A stretch of DNA of 64,000 nucleotides from Armatimonadota bacterium (GTDB lineage: Bacteria > Armatimonadota > SYMT01): positions 32,001 through 96,000 of the forward strand of contig JBKBRF010000016.1 of the NCBI GenBank assembly GCA_046292385.1. The letters run 5' to 3'. Shown here one piece after another: positions 45,808 through 56,077 of the stretch. How positions within the stretch are numbered: the first letter of the stretch is position 1; each line of letters starts with the position of its first letter. Below the pieces are notes generated by a model that had not been told where the DNA came from, searched no databases, and worked only from the letters and a program-made list of their open reading frames with translations. A program made the position numbers and the translations under genes.

Positions 45808-47721
45808 CTATCGTTCCCAGCCCGGGAGCAGATAGAGCTGCAGGCTGCGGACGGTGCGGCGGTCGTTCCCCACGTGGAAGTTGAACCGGTAGCTGTCCAG
45901 GCGGATCTCCGGGCCGGAGAGGGTATAGCTCCCGCCGCCGAACCGGTTGAGGTTGAAGAGGTTCGGGGGCCCTTCGCGGTCGCGGCGAAACATCGTGGTG
46001 ACGTTGCCCTTCTCGTCCTGGGCGCACTGGGCGAGCATCGCCTCCTGCTTCAGCGAGAAGCCGCCCCAGTGCGGCGGCAGGCCCTGCACCGGGGGGATGT
46101 TGACGAAGTCCTCCGGAAAACCGGGGTTCTCCAGCGGCAGGGCGAGCGCCCGGGTGGCGAAGCGGCGCTGGGACGGGGTCATGGCGGCGACGGGGAGTGT
46201 CTGTCCCGCCGCGACTGCCTCCCGCTGCGACGGGGAAAGGCTCCCCCACAGGCGCAGCGCGTCCCGGAAGCCGAAGAGCTCGCCGGAGCCGTAGGGGGCG
46301 GGGACGCCTGCGTCTTGCAGGTACCAGCCCCAGTAGTCGCTCATCCCGCGGAGCTGCCGGTCGGTGAGCGCCAGCGCCAGCCGGGAGAGTTGGTCCAGGG
46401 AGAGCTGCGTCTGGCCGGCCAGCTGCTTGCGGAACGGCCGCAGCACCCGCTCCGGGACCTCCATGCTCCGGTCGAGCAGCGGATCGCGGGCGCGGAGGAG
46501 CAGCAGAGTGCCGTCCTTCTGCCAGGTGTAATCGAGCTCCTTCGCCAGGTGATTCAGCACCTCGCGAACGGTGTGCTCCTGCTGCAAGAAGGCCGGCTCC
46601 AGGCGGGCGCGGACGAAGCTGTCCGCCGCCACTTGCAGCCCGGTCGCCTGGTGAAGCTGGCGCGCGAGCTCGGAGAGGCGGACCATTCCCCCCGGCCAGC
46701 GGCCCAGCACCTGCGCCGTCAGGCCAATCTTCGAGATCGCCGGCATCGCGGCCGGGTCAGGCAGATCCAGCTTGATCTTCTGGTCCAACACCGGGTCCGG
46801 TGCGGGATCCGGGGTGAACGGCAGCACCGGATCCGGCTGCGGCACCCGGACACCCCAGTTCACCATCGAAGAGCCGGCGGGCTGGCCGTTGACGCCGTTC
46901 ACCAGGGTCAGGTAGCCGAACACCCGCACCGACCGCGCCGCCCGCGGCGACTCCCAGGTCGCGTCGCTCTCCTCGATCTGGAAGGAGCAGTCGACGTGCA
47001 GCGGGCTGGTATGCGGCCCGGCGCGCAGGGCCTCGGCTGCTGCGGCCAGCATCGACTGCGGTAAGTCGCCGTGGGTGGTGGAGAGCCGGACGTAGCCGAG
47101 GGAGCCGAGCAGGCTCCGCTGCGCGGGGTTGAGCCCGCGGTAGATCCCAATGATCACCGGCACCGCGCGGCTGTGACGGTTCAGGTCCCGGAGCGCGTCC
47201 AGCTCTTCGGAAAGCTCCCGCCGCCGCTCCGGCGCCAGTGCCTCGTCTTTCAGCGCCTCTTCCAGCTCTCGAAAGCGCCGGTTCCGGTCCGCCTCCGGAA
47301 GCGCTGCCACTTGCTGGAGGCGAGACATCCAGACGTCGCAGGCCCGCAGCAGCCGCGTGGTGAGGGTCCGCTCCCGGCGCGTGACCGCGGGGTCCTGCGC
47401 GGCAAGGAACCCGCTTTCGGAGCGGAGCCACCGCAGCTCCAGCGCCTCTTCCAACGTGCGGAGCACCTCCGCCGCCGGGCGGTCGCGGAGGAAGAGGGTG
47501 ACCTTGTCGTCCCGCACGTCCGACCCCGCGCGCAGCGGGACGCCCAGGCGCCGGGAGAGTCCGGACAGCACCTCGGAAAGCGGGCGGTCCTGCTCCGTCA
47601 CGGTGAGGCTGCGCTGCAGCCGCGGTTCCGCGGCCAGTACGTCCCGTTCGGGCGCCGCCGCGGCGGCAACCGCCAGCGCCAGCAGAAAGGTGCAGGGAAA
47701 CCAGGCGGTCCGGGGTCTCAT
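45808..47721 (-). CDS. Secreted hypothetical protein with STN-like domains
   Basis: Signal peptide; PLSEVLSGLSRRLGVPLRA...KVTLF and LSELARQLHQATGLQVAAD segments. Confidence 0.7.
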   Translation of the reverse strand: MRPRTAWFPCTFLLALAVAAAAAPERDVLAAEPRLQRSLTVTEQDRPLSEVLSGLSRRLGVPLRAGSDVRDDKVTLFLRDRPAAEVLRTLEEALELRWLRSESGFLAAQDPAVTRRERTLTTRLLRACDVWMSRLQQVAALPEADRNRRFRELEEALKDEALAPERRRELSEELDALRDLNRHSRAVPVIIGIYRGLNPAQRSLLGSLGYVRLSTTHGDLPQSMLAAAAEALRAGPHTSPLHVDCSFQIEESDATWESPRAARSVRVFGYLTLVNGVNGQPAGSSMVNWGVRVPQPDPVLPFTPDPAPDPVLDQKIKLDLPDPAAMPAISKIGLTAQVLGRWPGGMVRLSELARQLHQATGLQVAADSFVRARLEPAFLQQEHTVREVLNHLAKELDYTWQKDGTLLLLRARDPLLDRSMEVPERVLRPFRKQLAGQTQLSLDQLSRLALALTDRQLRGMSDYWGWYLQDAGVPAPYGSGELFGFRDALRLWGSLSPSQREAVAAGQTLPVAAMTPSQRRFATRALALPLENPGFPEDFVNIPPVQGLPPHWGGFSLKQEAMLAQCAQDEKGNVTTMFRRDREGPPNLFNLNRFGGGSYTLSGPEIRLDSYRFNFHVGNDRRTVRSLQLYLLPGWER

Positions 47722-47776
47722 CGCTCGTCCTCCGCACCGTTCGACGCGGAGGATGAGGAGAGAGTTACGCGTCGAC

Positions 47777-49111
47777 CTACACCAGCTCCGGGAGGGGCTG
47801 GTGGCCGACGACTAGCCGCTGCGGACGCTCCGTGAGGTCCATGATCTCGGTCGCTTCCACGTTGATGCCGAGGGTGTGGTAGAGCGTGGCGAAGACGTCC
47901 CGGTAGTGGACCGGCCGCTCGTCCGCGTACTCGCCGAAGCGGTTGGTGCTGCCGATCACCTGGCCGGTGCGCATTCCGCCGCCCGCCAGGAGACAGAAGC
48001 CGACCTGCGGCCAGTGGTCGCGCCCGCCGTCTTTGTTGAAGCGGGGCGTGCGGCCGAAGTCGCCCCACACCACCACGCTCACGTGCTTGTCCAGGCCGCG
48101 GTCGTGGAGATCCGAGACGAGCGCGCTGAGCGCCTGGTCGAGCCGCTCCGACTGCGGCCCCGGCTTCGGGTCCCAGAAGCCGTGATAGTCCCATCCGCCG
48201 AAGCCGAGGGTGACGCAGCGGACCCCCGCCTCCACCAGCCGGCGGGCGGCGAGGAACTGGTCGTTCCAGTCCGGCGCGGCGTCGGTGATCGGCTGCGGCG
48301 AGCCCTTCCCGTAGCGCTCCCGGACCTTGGGATCTTCCAGCGTCACGTCGAGCGCCTTCACGAGCTTGTCCGAGGTGAGCAGGTCGAACGCCCGCGCGCT
48401 CACGCCGTCGAGCTGGTCCAGCACTCCGGAGCCGTCCACGACCCGGCGGTAGCGGTCGACGCTCTCCAGCAGCTTGCGGCGGTGCTGCAGGCGCGAGAGG
48501 GAGATGTCCTTCAGCGTCATGTCGGCCATCGTCTCGCTGGCGGGACGGACCGAGGAGTGCGCCAGGCCGAGGAAGCCGGGGTGGCCGGGGTTGGAATACG
48601 GCATGTGCGCCGTCTTCGGGATCAGCTCCACGAACGGCGGGATACCGGAGGCCTTGGGGCCGTAGAGCCTGGAGAGCACCGACCCGAGCGCCGGGTGGAA
48701 ATTGTCCCGGTTCTCCGCGATCGGGTAGCCGGTGAGGCAGAGGTTGGAGGCGTGCTCGTCCTTCGCGCCGACCAGCGAGCGGATGAGGGCGAACTTGTCC
48801 ATCATCTTCGCGATCCGCGGCATGTGCTCCGAGATCTGAATCCCGGAGACGTTCGTCTCGATCGGCTTGTACGGCCCGCGGATCTCTTCCGGAGCGTCCG
48901 GCTTCAGGTCGACCATGTCGAGGTGCGGCGGTCCCCCGGGCAGGTAGACCATGATGATGGCGCGGTCCGAGCTCCGGACGCCGGACTTCTCCTCCGCCGC
49001 CAGGATCTGCGGCAGGGAGAGCCCACCCATCGCCAACCCGCCGATCTTCAAGAAGCTCCGACGGCTCAGGCCGTCACAGAACCGCTGCCGCTCGCCCAGG
49101 ATCGTGAGCAT
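47777..49111 (-). CDS. DUF1501 family protein
   Basis: SRRSFL, YLPGGPPHLD, ARRLVEAGVR, GWDYH, GDFGRTP, GRDHWP. Confidence 0.92.
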   Translation of the reverse strand: MLTILGERQRFCDGLSRRSFLKIGGLAMGGLSLPQILAAEEKSGVRSSDRAIIMVYLPGGPPHLDMVDLKPDAPEEIRGPYKPIETNVSGIQISEHMPRIAKMMDKFALIRSLVGAKDEHASNLCLTGYPIAENRDNFHPALGSVLSRLYGPKASGIPPFVELIPKTAHMPYSNPGHPGFLGLAHSSVRPASETMADMTLKDISLSRLQHRRKLLESVDRYRRVVDGSGVLDQLDGVSARAFDLLTSDKLVKALDVTLEDPKVRERYGKGSPQPITDAAPDWNDQFLAARRLVEAGVRCVTLGFGGWDYHGFWDPKPGPQSERLDQALSALVSDLHDRGLDKHVSVVVWGDFGRTPRFNKDGGRDHWPQVGFCLLAGGGMRTGQVIGSTNRFGEYADERPVHYRDVFATLYHTLGINVEATEIMDLTERPQRLVVGHQPLPELV

Positions 49112-49204
49112 CGTCTCTTGCCTCGCTAACCGCTCCCACCTTACAAGCAGGTGCGACACCGCCCGCCGCTGAGGGTTACCACTCCACTTGAGGCAATTCT
49201 GTGA

Positions 49205-49814
49205 AACCACGGAACGAGTCCGAACGAACGCGAAGGCGCGAAGTTCACGCGAAGGACGCGAAGTATCTGAAGAGAACAGTTGTGAACTGTCTGCGATTCC
49301 TTTCCAAGCAGCCGGAGGTATTGATGGAGCACTCTGAACCCATTCGAAAGCGTACCGTTACCTTCGAGCCGGTTTCGCAGCGAGTGATCGGCGCCGCGAT
49401 CGCCGTGCTGAAGGCGGTGGGGCCAGGATTCCGGGAGGAGGTCTACGAGAACGCTCTCTGCATCGAGCTTGAGAGCCGAGGGATCCCCTACGAGCGCCAG
49501 GTCCAGGTCCCCGTCTTCTATCGGCGTCGAAATGTCGGCACGCACATTCTCGACTTGCTCGTCGATAAGACGGTTGTGATTGAGCTGAAAGCAGTCTCCT
49601 CGCTCGCAAACCTACACGCAGCACAGGCGGTGTCGTATCTTCGTGCAGCCAACCTGCGAGTGGGTCTCGTACTGAACTTCGGCGAGACGCCGCTCGGCAT
49701 CCGGCGCGTGGTTAACCGGTACGAGCCTACTTCTTGAGACTGGCCCCACCTGTCCCCCTTCGCGTCCTTCCAGTACTTCGCGCCTTCGCGTTCGTTCGGA
49801 CTCCTCCCGCGGTT
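49205..49814. mobile_element. Putative mini-element: GxxExxY gene between ~58-bp inverted arms
   Basis: 29-bp perfect IR 49216-49244 / 49775-49803 plus 13-bp perfect IR 49251-49263 / 49758-49770; interior appears lower in GC. Confidence 0.65.
49324..49737 (+). CDS. GxxExxY protein (PD-(D/E)XK nuclease-like)
   Basis: GPGFREEVYENAL, LDLLV, IELKAV, QAVSYL, GLVLNFG; GGAGG RBS. Confidence 0.92.
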   Translation: MEHSEPIRKRTVTFEPVSQRVIGAAIAVLKAVGPGFREEVYENALCIELESRGIPYERQVQVPVFYRRRNVGTHILDLLVDKTVVIELKAVSSLANLHAAQAVSYLRAANLRVGLVLNFGETPLGIRRVVNRYEPTS

Positions 49815-49884
49815 CGTGCCGAACGGTTGAGAGATCGTGCGTGCGGAGGAACCGGACCTGGCTCGGCCGAACCACCATCCGGCC

Positions 49885-51423
49885 ATGTCGCTGCTCGAGC
49901 TGAAGAACATTGAAAAGGCGTTCGGCGCCAACCGCGTGCTCCAGGGGGTTAGCCTGGAGCTCGACTCCGGTGAGGTCCACGCCCTGGTCGGTGCTAACGG
50001 CGCCGGCAAGTCTACCCTGATCAAGATCCTCTCCGGCGCGTACACGCGCGACTCCGGCGAGATCCTGATCGACGGCCGCCCCGTACAGATCCGCAATCCG
50101 CAGGAGGGGCTGGCGCACGGCATCGGAGTGATCTACCAGGAGTTCAACCTGGTGCCGGAGCTCTCCGTGGCGGAGAACGTGCTGCTGGGTCAGGAGCCGG
50201 TCCGCCGCCTGGCGGGGCTCCCCCTCCTCTCCCGCGGGGGCATGCTGGCGGAGGCCCGCGCCCACCTGGAGGAGCTGCGGCTGCCGCTGGAGGTCGATCG
50301 CCCCGTCAAGGAGCTGACCACCGGCGAGAAGCAGCTCGTGGAGATCGCCAAGGCGCTCTACCGCAAGGCGCGGGTGCTGGTGCTGGATGAGCCGACCGCC
50401 GCCCTCTCCCGCGGCGAGGCGGAGCAGCTCTTCCGCATCATGGAGAGCCTGCAGCAGCGCGGCATCGGGATGATCTACATCTCCCACCACCTGGAAGAGG
50501 TGTTCCGGATGGGCGACCGCATCACCGTGCTGCGGGACGGCCGCAACATCGCCACCTGGACCCGCGGCAGCGTGACCGAGCGCGACCTGGTACAGGCGAT
50601 GGTCGGCCGCGAGGTTGAAGAGGGCGAGCGCGCCGCGGCGCAGCTCGGCGACACGGTGCTGGAGACGGAGCGGCTCACCGGCGACGTCTTCCGCGACGTT
50701 TCCCTGCAGGTCCGCCGCGGCGAGGTGCTGAGCCTCACCGGAGCGGCCGGCGCGGGGCAGACGGAGCTGCTCTGGGCGCTCTACGGGGCGGCGCCGGTGC
50801 GGGAGGGCACGCTCCGCCTGCGGGGAGAGCCGGTGCGCTGGCGCTCGCTGCGGCAGGCGCGGAGCGCGGGGGTGGCGCTGGCGCCGGGCGACCGCAAGGC
50901 CTACGGCATCGTCCCCGGCCAGACGATCCGCACCAACCTCACCTTCGCGGACCTCGGCCGCTGGACCCGCGCCGGCGTGCTGCAGCGGGGAGCGCTCCAG
51001 CGCGCGTCGGAAGAGCTGATCCGGCGGTACGGCGTGCGCTGCACCGGGCCGGAGCAGGAGATCCAGAACCTCTCCGGCGGCAACCAGCAGAAGGTAGTGG
51101 TGAGCCGGGTCGCGGAGCGCGGCGCCGACCTCTACCTCTTCGACGAGCCGACCCGGGGCGTCGATGTTGGGGCACGGGAAGAGATTTACGCCATGATTCA
51201 CTCGCTCGCCGCGGGAGGCGCCGGGGTGATCGTGGCGACGCCGGACATCCAGGAAGCGCTGCGGCTGGGCGACCGGGTCGGCGTGCTGCGGCAGGGCCGC
51301 CTGGTCTATGAAGAGCCGCGGGAGCGTGCCGCCGAGCCGGAGATCCTGGCGGCGATCCTGGGCGCGGAGAGCGGAGGAGTGGAGCGAGTGGAGACGGTAG
51401 AAGGAGAAGCGACCGGTGCCTGA
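49885..51423 (+). CDS. Sugar ABC transporter ATP-binding protein (RbsA-like)
   Basis: GANGAGKST, LDEPT, LSGGNQQK, DEPTRGVD. Confidence 0.95.
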   Translation: MSLLELKNIEKAFGANRVLQGVSLELDSGEVHALVGANGAGKSTLIKILSGAYTRDSGEILIDGRPVQIRNPQEGLAHGIGVIYQEFNLVPELSVAENVLLGQEPVRRLAGLPLLSRGGMLAEARAHLEELRLPLEVDRPVKELTTGEKQLVEIAKALYRKARVLVLDEPTAALSRGEAEQLFRIMESLQQRGIGMIYISHHLEEVFRMGDRITVLRDGRNIATWTRGSVTERDLVQAMVGREVEEGERAAAQLGDTVLETERLTGDVFRDVSLQVRRGEVLSLTGAAGAGQTELLWALYGAAPVREGTLRLRGEPVRWRSLRQARSAGVALAPGDRKAYGIVPGQTIRTNLTFADLGRWTRAGVLQRGALQRASEELIRRYGVRCTGPEQEIQNLSGGNQQKVVVSRVAERGADLYLFDEPTRGVDVGAREEIYAMIHSLAAGGAGVIVATPDIQEALRLGDRVGVLRQGRLVYEEPRERAAEPEILAAILGAESGGVERVETVEGEATGA

Positions 51424-52396
51424 TCTCTCCCCCGCCGTGCGCAAGGCTGCGCCGGCTGGCTGGCTGACGCGGGTGCGCCCCTTCATCGGGGTGATCGCGC
51501 TGGTGGTCCTCTGCATCGTCTTCGGGCTCCGGGAGCCGCGGTTCCTCAGCGCCGCCAACCTTTTCCACGTGCTCAACACGATGGCGATCGTCGGCATCCT
51601 CGCCATCGGGCAGGCGTTCCCGCTCATCGGCGGCGGGTTCGATCTCTCCCAGGGAGCGGTCGCCAGCCTCACCGGTGCCGTCACCGCCAGCCTGATGAGC
51701 CAGTACGGCGTGCCGATGACGGTCGCCATTCCCGCCGGCCTCACCCTCGGCCTCCTACTTGGGCTCGTCAACGGCCTGCTGGTGGCGCGCGTGGGGATCA
51801 ACCCGTTCGTCGCCACGCTCGGCACGCAGATCGCCTTCTTCGGGCTGACCAATGTCTACGCGGATAACCAGCCGATAGGCATCGGTCCGTCGGCGGAGAC
51901 GTTCCGGCAGCTCTCCTTCGGCACGCTCGGCCCGTTCACCTGGGCTTCCCTGCTCTTCCTGGTGCTGGTGGCCCTGCTGGCATTCGTGCTGCGGATGCTT
52001 CCGTTCGGGCAGCACGTCTATACTCTGGGCGGGAACGAGGAGGCGAGCCGCCTGGCGGGGCTCAACACCGCCCGGATCAAGATCGCCACCTACGTGCTCT
52101 CCAGCCTCTTCGCCACGATCGGCGGGTTCGTCATCATCGCCCGCGCGGGCCAGGCGAGCCCGGCGGCCGGCACCGGCTACGAGCTGCAGAGCCTGGCAAG
52201 CTGTATCGTAGGCGGCATCGCGCTCGGCGGCGGCCTCGGCAGCGCCTGGAACGTGCTGCTCGGGGTGCTGACGCTGGGCGTGGTCGAGGTTGGCCTTCAG
52301 ATGGCGGTCAACGCCCCCAACTGGCGCCCGGTCATCCAGGGCGGGATCATTCTTCTGGCGGTCGCGGTCGACGCGCGCGCCCGCCTGCGGCGATAG
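51416..52396 (+). CDS. Sugar ABC transporter permease (RbsC-like)
   Basis: GGFDLS, PFVATLG, GGNEEASRLAG, GYEL. Confidence 0.95.
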   Translation: MPDLSPAVRKAAPAGWLTRVRPFIGVIALVVLCIVFGLREPRFLSAANLFHVLNTMAIVGILAIGQAFPLIGGGFDLSQGAVASLTGAVTASLMSQYGVPMTVAIPAGLTLGLLLGLVNGLLVARVGINPFVATLGTQIAFFGLTNVYADNQPIGIGPSAETFRQLSFGTLGPFTWASLLFLVLVALLAFVLRMLPFGQHVYTLGGNEEASRLAGLNTARIKIATYVLSSLFATIGGFVIIARAGQASPAAGTGYELQSLASCIVGGIALGGGLGSAWNVLLGVLTLGVVEVGLQMAVNAPNWRPVIQGGIILLAVAVDARARLRR

Positions 52397-52434
52397 GGCG
52401 GTAGCTTCCCGACGCGCCGTGCGGCGCACGGAAG

Positions 52435-52587
52435 CGTATTCCGTATTGCGTATTCCGTAGCGGGCGGCTGAAACGGTTTTCCGGTGGGTCGTGCCGGGCG
52501 GATGGCTGTGGGAGCATATCGCCCGGCACGACGTAACGGGAGACCGCATCGGCGGTTCGCTACGCAATACTCGATACGCACTACGGA
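52435..52587. repeat. Inverted arms of CGTATT(C/G) heptamer units
   Basis: CGTATTCCGTATTGCGTATTCCGTAG ... CTACGCAATACTCGATACGCACTACGG. Confidence 0.65.
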
Positions 52588-52727
52588 CTGCCCCGACAAC
52601 AACCAGGTTGCTCCCCGGGAGGAGCAGCTTTCAGCCTCGCTGAACGCGACCATGACGGGACCCCGGCGGTTGGCGCGGGTCCGGTCTTTCTTCACGAGCA
52701 GTAACGACCACGGAACGGTCCACTCAT

Positions 52728-53735
52728 ATGCAAAGAACACACACTCGCGCGGCGCTCGCCGCCCTCTTCGTGGCCTGCGGCCTCGGCCTGAGTGCCTGCA
52801 ACGGCAACTCCGCCGAGGGCGGCCCCGGCAACGCTGCTAACGGCACCCCCGCCTCGGCCGGCGGCAACGGCAAGAGCTACAAGCTCGCCGCGACGGTTCC
52901 TACCTTCAACCACCCGTTCTTCGTCTCCATGAAGCGGGGTCTCGAGGACGAGGCGCAGAAGGCCGGCTCCGAGATCAGCGTGAACGACGGCAAGAACGAC
53001 GCCCAGGCGCAGATCTCGCAGATGGAGACGTTCGCGGTGCAGCAGGTAGACGGGATCATTCTCTGCCCCACTGAGACCGACTCCTTGCCGCCGGGCGTGC
53101 AGCACGCCAACCAGAAGAACATTCCGGTTATCACAGTGAACCGCCGCGTTTCCGCGGGTGACGTGGTGACTTACGTCGGCGCGGACGACGTCGAAGGCGG
53201 CCGGCTCCAGGGCCGCGCCGTGATCGACGCGCTGCCGAAGGGTGGCAAGATCCTGCTCCTGCAGGGCGTCATCGGCTCCTCCCCGCAGCGCGACCGCGAG
53301 GCGGGCCTGCTGGAAGTGCTGAAGGGCCGGCCGGAGTACGAGATCGTCTCCCGCGCGCCGTATGACTTCGACCGCACCAAGGGCGTTTCCGTGATGGAGA
53401 CGGCGCTGAACCAGTTCCCGAAGGGCGCCATCGACTGCGTGGTGGCCCAGTCCGACGACGGCGCGCTGGCGGCCGCCGACGTGGCGGGCCAGCGGGGCCG
53501 CACGGAGCTGAAGATCATCGGCTTCAACGGCGAGTCGGCGGCATTCGATGCGATCACGGCCGGGAAGATCTACGCGACGGTGCTCCAGGATGCGGAGACC
53601 CAGGGACGCGAGGCGGTGAAGGCGACCCTGGCCCACCTGAACGGCGAGCAGGTGAAGAAGGAGATCATCACTCCGCTCTACCTGATCAAGAAGGACAACA
53701 TCGGCGAGCACAAGCCGGCGTGGCAGAGTAACTAA
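52728..53735 (+). CDS. Sugar ABC transporter substrate-binding lipoprotein (RbsB-like)
   Basis: Lipobox LSAC, NHPFF, IPVITVNR, YVGADD, IIGFNG, ATVLQ. Confidence 0.93.
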   Translation: MQRTHTRAALAALFVACGLGLSACNGNSAEGGPGNAANGTPASAGGNGKSYKLAATVPTFNHPFFVSMKRGLEDEAQKAGSEISVNDGKNDAQAQISQMETFAVQQVDGIILCPTETDSLPPGVQHANQKNIPVITVNRRVSAGDVVTYVGADDVEGGRLQGRAVIDALPKGGKILLLQGVIGSSPQRDREAGLLEVLKGRPEYEIVSRAPYDFDRTKGVSVMETALNQFPKGAIDCVVAQSDDGALAAADVAGQRGRTELKIIGFNGESAAFDAITAGKIYATVLQDAETQGREAVKATLAHLNGEQVKKEIITPLYLIKKDNIGEHKPAWQSN

Positions 53736-53817
53736 GCGGGTGAACGCGAGAGGGTGAGAGTGGGAGACCCCACGCCCGCTCGCCTCCCTCATTCACCAGC
53801 GGAATGGCGCCCCTTCT

Positions 53818-55113
53818 CTATCCGGAGAGGGGGCGCTTCTCCGTACCAGGCCCCTGCAGGTCTGCCGTGATCGGCAGCGACTCGGCCCGCTCCGGCGGTG
53901 CGGAAGCGGGCCGGGGCAGGTCGGCCGTCGTCTCCGGCGCCGCCGCCGACGGAAGCGGAAGGTCTTTGAGGCTCGCGGTGACGGACTCGATGACCGTAAT
54001 GGCGAGCTCAACCGTGCGCGTTACCTCGGCGCGCTCGAAGTAGCGCCGGCCCAGAAGGCTCCGAAGCAGCGGCAGAATGGAGCGCAGCCGCGGGTCAGGA
54101 TCCTGTTCCACAAATCCGAGCAGCAGCTCCAGCGAACGCAGACGAACTTCGGTCGGAGAGCTCTCGATCAGATCTGCTAATCCCGGTAGGGCGTCGGCGC
54201 CGATCTTCCGGAGCAGCTCCCCAGCTCGCCAGACCGCTTCCGGGCTGCCCCCAGCAAAGATCTGGGCGAGCGCGGGCGCAGCACCCGGTCCGAGCTCGGC
54301 CAGAGCGGTCCCAGCATTCACTCGCACCTGGCTGTCCGGGTCCTCCAGCGCGCGGCAGAGGGCCGGGGCGGCGCGGGGGCTTCCGAGGCGGCCGAGGGCG
54401 ACCGCCGCGTGGCGGCGGACTCCGGCATCCGGATCGCGCAGGGCGCGGCCCAGCACCGGGAGGGCGGTCGCCTCGCCGATCTCCCCCAGCGCCTTCGCCG
54501 CCTCCCGCCGCAGCTCCGCCGCCCCGTGCTCCAGCGTGCGGGCGAGCCGCGGCACCGCGCGGGGATCGCCGATCTTTCCGAGTGCCGCGATCGTCTCCAC
54601 GCGCAGGTCGACCGGCTGCTGCTCCATCGCGTCGATCAGCGGGTCGAGCGCCGCCGGCCCGAGCCGGCCGAGCGCGCGCACCACCTCCCGGCGCAGCAGC
54701 GGGTCCGGATCGTCCAGCCGCGCCGCGAGCGCCGGGACCGCGGACGGCTCCCCGATGGCGCCTAGCGCCGTCACGGCGGACCAGCGCGTGCCCGGGTCCG
54801 GACCACCGAGAGCGGCGCAGAGCCCCGGCACAGCGTCCGGATGCCGGATGGCGCCGAGAGCCCGCGCGGCCGCCTGCTGCAGGAACCGATCGCCCGCCGC
54901 GAGCGCGCCGAGGAGCGCGGGTACGGCGCGTGCGTCGGCGATCTCCCCGAGGATCTGGGCGGCGTGTCGGCGGCGCTCCACGGCCCCCTCCGCCACCGCC
55001 GCGCAGAGTGGCTCCACCGCCTCCGCCCCGAGCCCCCGCAGTAGCTCCGTCGCGGCCAGCCGCCGCTCGTAGTCGAGGCAGCCGAGTGCCTCCAGCGCGT
55101 CGTCCAGCGTCAC
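53818..55113 (-). CDS. HEAT-repeat (PBS lyase-like) protein
   Basis: Repeated AAxALGxIGDxxAVPxL; LPxP tail. Confidence 0.88.
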   Translation of the reverse strand: MTLDDALEALGCLDYERRLAATELLRGLGAEAVEPLCAAVAEGAVERRRHAAQILGEIADARAVPALLGALAAGDRFLQQAAARALGAIRHPDAVPGLCAALGGPDPGTRWSAVTALGAIGEPSAVPALAARLDDPDPLLRREVVRALGRLGPAALDPLIDAMEQQPVDLRVETIAALGKIGDPRAVPRLARTLEHGAAELRREAAKALGEIGEATALPVLGRALRDPDAGVRRHAAVALGRLGSPRAAPALCRALEDPDSQVRVNAGTALAELGPGAAPALAQIFAGGSPEAVWRAGELLRKIGADALPGLADLIESSPTEVRLRSLELLLGFVEQDPDPRLRSILPLLRSLLGRRYFERAEVTRTVELAITVIESVTASLKDLPLPSAAAPETTADLPRPASAPPERAESLPITADLQGPGTEKRPLSG

Positions 55114-55132
55114 TCCCCTTCCTGCACGATCA

Positions 55133-56071
55133 TTACCCGCCCGTGCCGGGTCGATGCGTCTCTTCCGGCTCCGCCGCCGGGCGGGGCAGGGTTTCTCCCG
55201 AGGGACGGGGGCTCTCCGCCGGGAGCGGGAGCGCGGCGGGGTCGGTTACCGCGGATGAGGGCCGCGGAAGGGCATGGATCCCCTCGGTCCGCGTCTCGAT
55301 CAGGCGGATCAGCTCGCGGCAGACACCGGGGAAGCGGTCCCACCCGGCGGAGCGCGCGAGGGCGAGCTCTCGCAGGCCGGGGATGAGCGCGCGCAGGGCC
55401 GGGTCCGGATCCCGCTCTGCGATGCTCCGGAGCGAGAGCACCGCCGCGAGGGCGACGTCGCCCTGCCCCCGCCCGGCCGCCTCCATCAGCGCCGGGGCCG
55501 AGCGCGCATCTCCCACCTGGCCGAGGGCGGCGGCGGCGGCGTACCGGAGCTGGAAGTCGGGGTCGGTGAGCAGCGGCTGTAAGGCAGGCACCGCTGCCTC
55601 GCCGCCGGCATCCGCCAGGGCGTGGACCGCCTGCACGCGCACCCACAGCAGGTCGCCGAGCAGCCGGGACAGCCGGGGCACGACCGAAGCGTCTCCCAGT
55701 TGCCCTACCGCGCGGGCTGCGGCAGCGCGGACGTGCGGATAGGGGTCGTCCAGCGCCTTCAGGAGCTGCGGGAGGGTCTCCGCCGCTTTCAGCCGCGCCA
55801 ACCCCTCCGCGCAGAGGGTCCGGGTCCACATCCGCTCCGAGTCGACGGCCAGGAGCGCCTGCGCCAGGGCGGTGGCAACCTCCTCCCCGCCCAGCTCGCA
55901 GAGGGCGTCCAGGGCCGCCCGCCGGACCCGCTCCTGGCTATCCCGCAGGGCAGAGAGGAGCGGCGGCACGGCGGCCGGATCGCCCCGCTCCCCCAGCAGC
56001 CGGGCCACGGCGGCCCGCTGCCGGATGTCCCCCGTGCGGAGGTGTTGTACGGCGTTCGCCAGCTCGTCCAT
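55133..56071 (-). CDS. HEAT-repeat protein
   Basis: HEAT repeats; LPxP tail. Confidence 0.88.
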   Translation of the reverse strand: MDELANAVQHLRTGDIRQRAAVARLLGERGDPAAVPPLLSALRDSQERVRRAALDALCELGGEEVATALAQALLAVDSERMWTRTLCAEGLARLKAAETLPQLLKALDDPYPHVRAAAARAVGQLGDASVVPRLSRLLGDLLWVRVQAVHALADAGGEAAVPALQPLLTDPDFQLRYAAAAALGQVGDARSAPALMEAAGRGQGDVALAAVLSLRSIAERDPDPALRALIPGLRELALARSAGWDRFPGVCRELIRLIETRTEGIHALPRPSSAVTDPAALPLPAESPRPSGETLPRPAAEPEETHRPGTGG

Positions 56072-56077
56072 CGGCTC

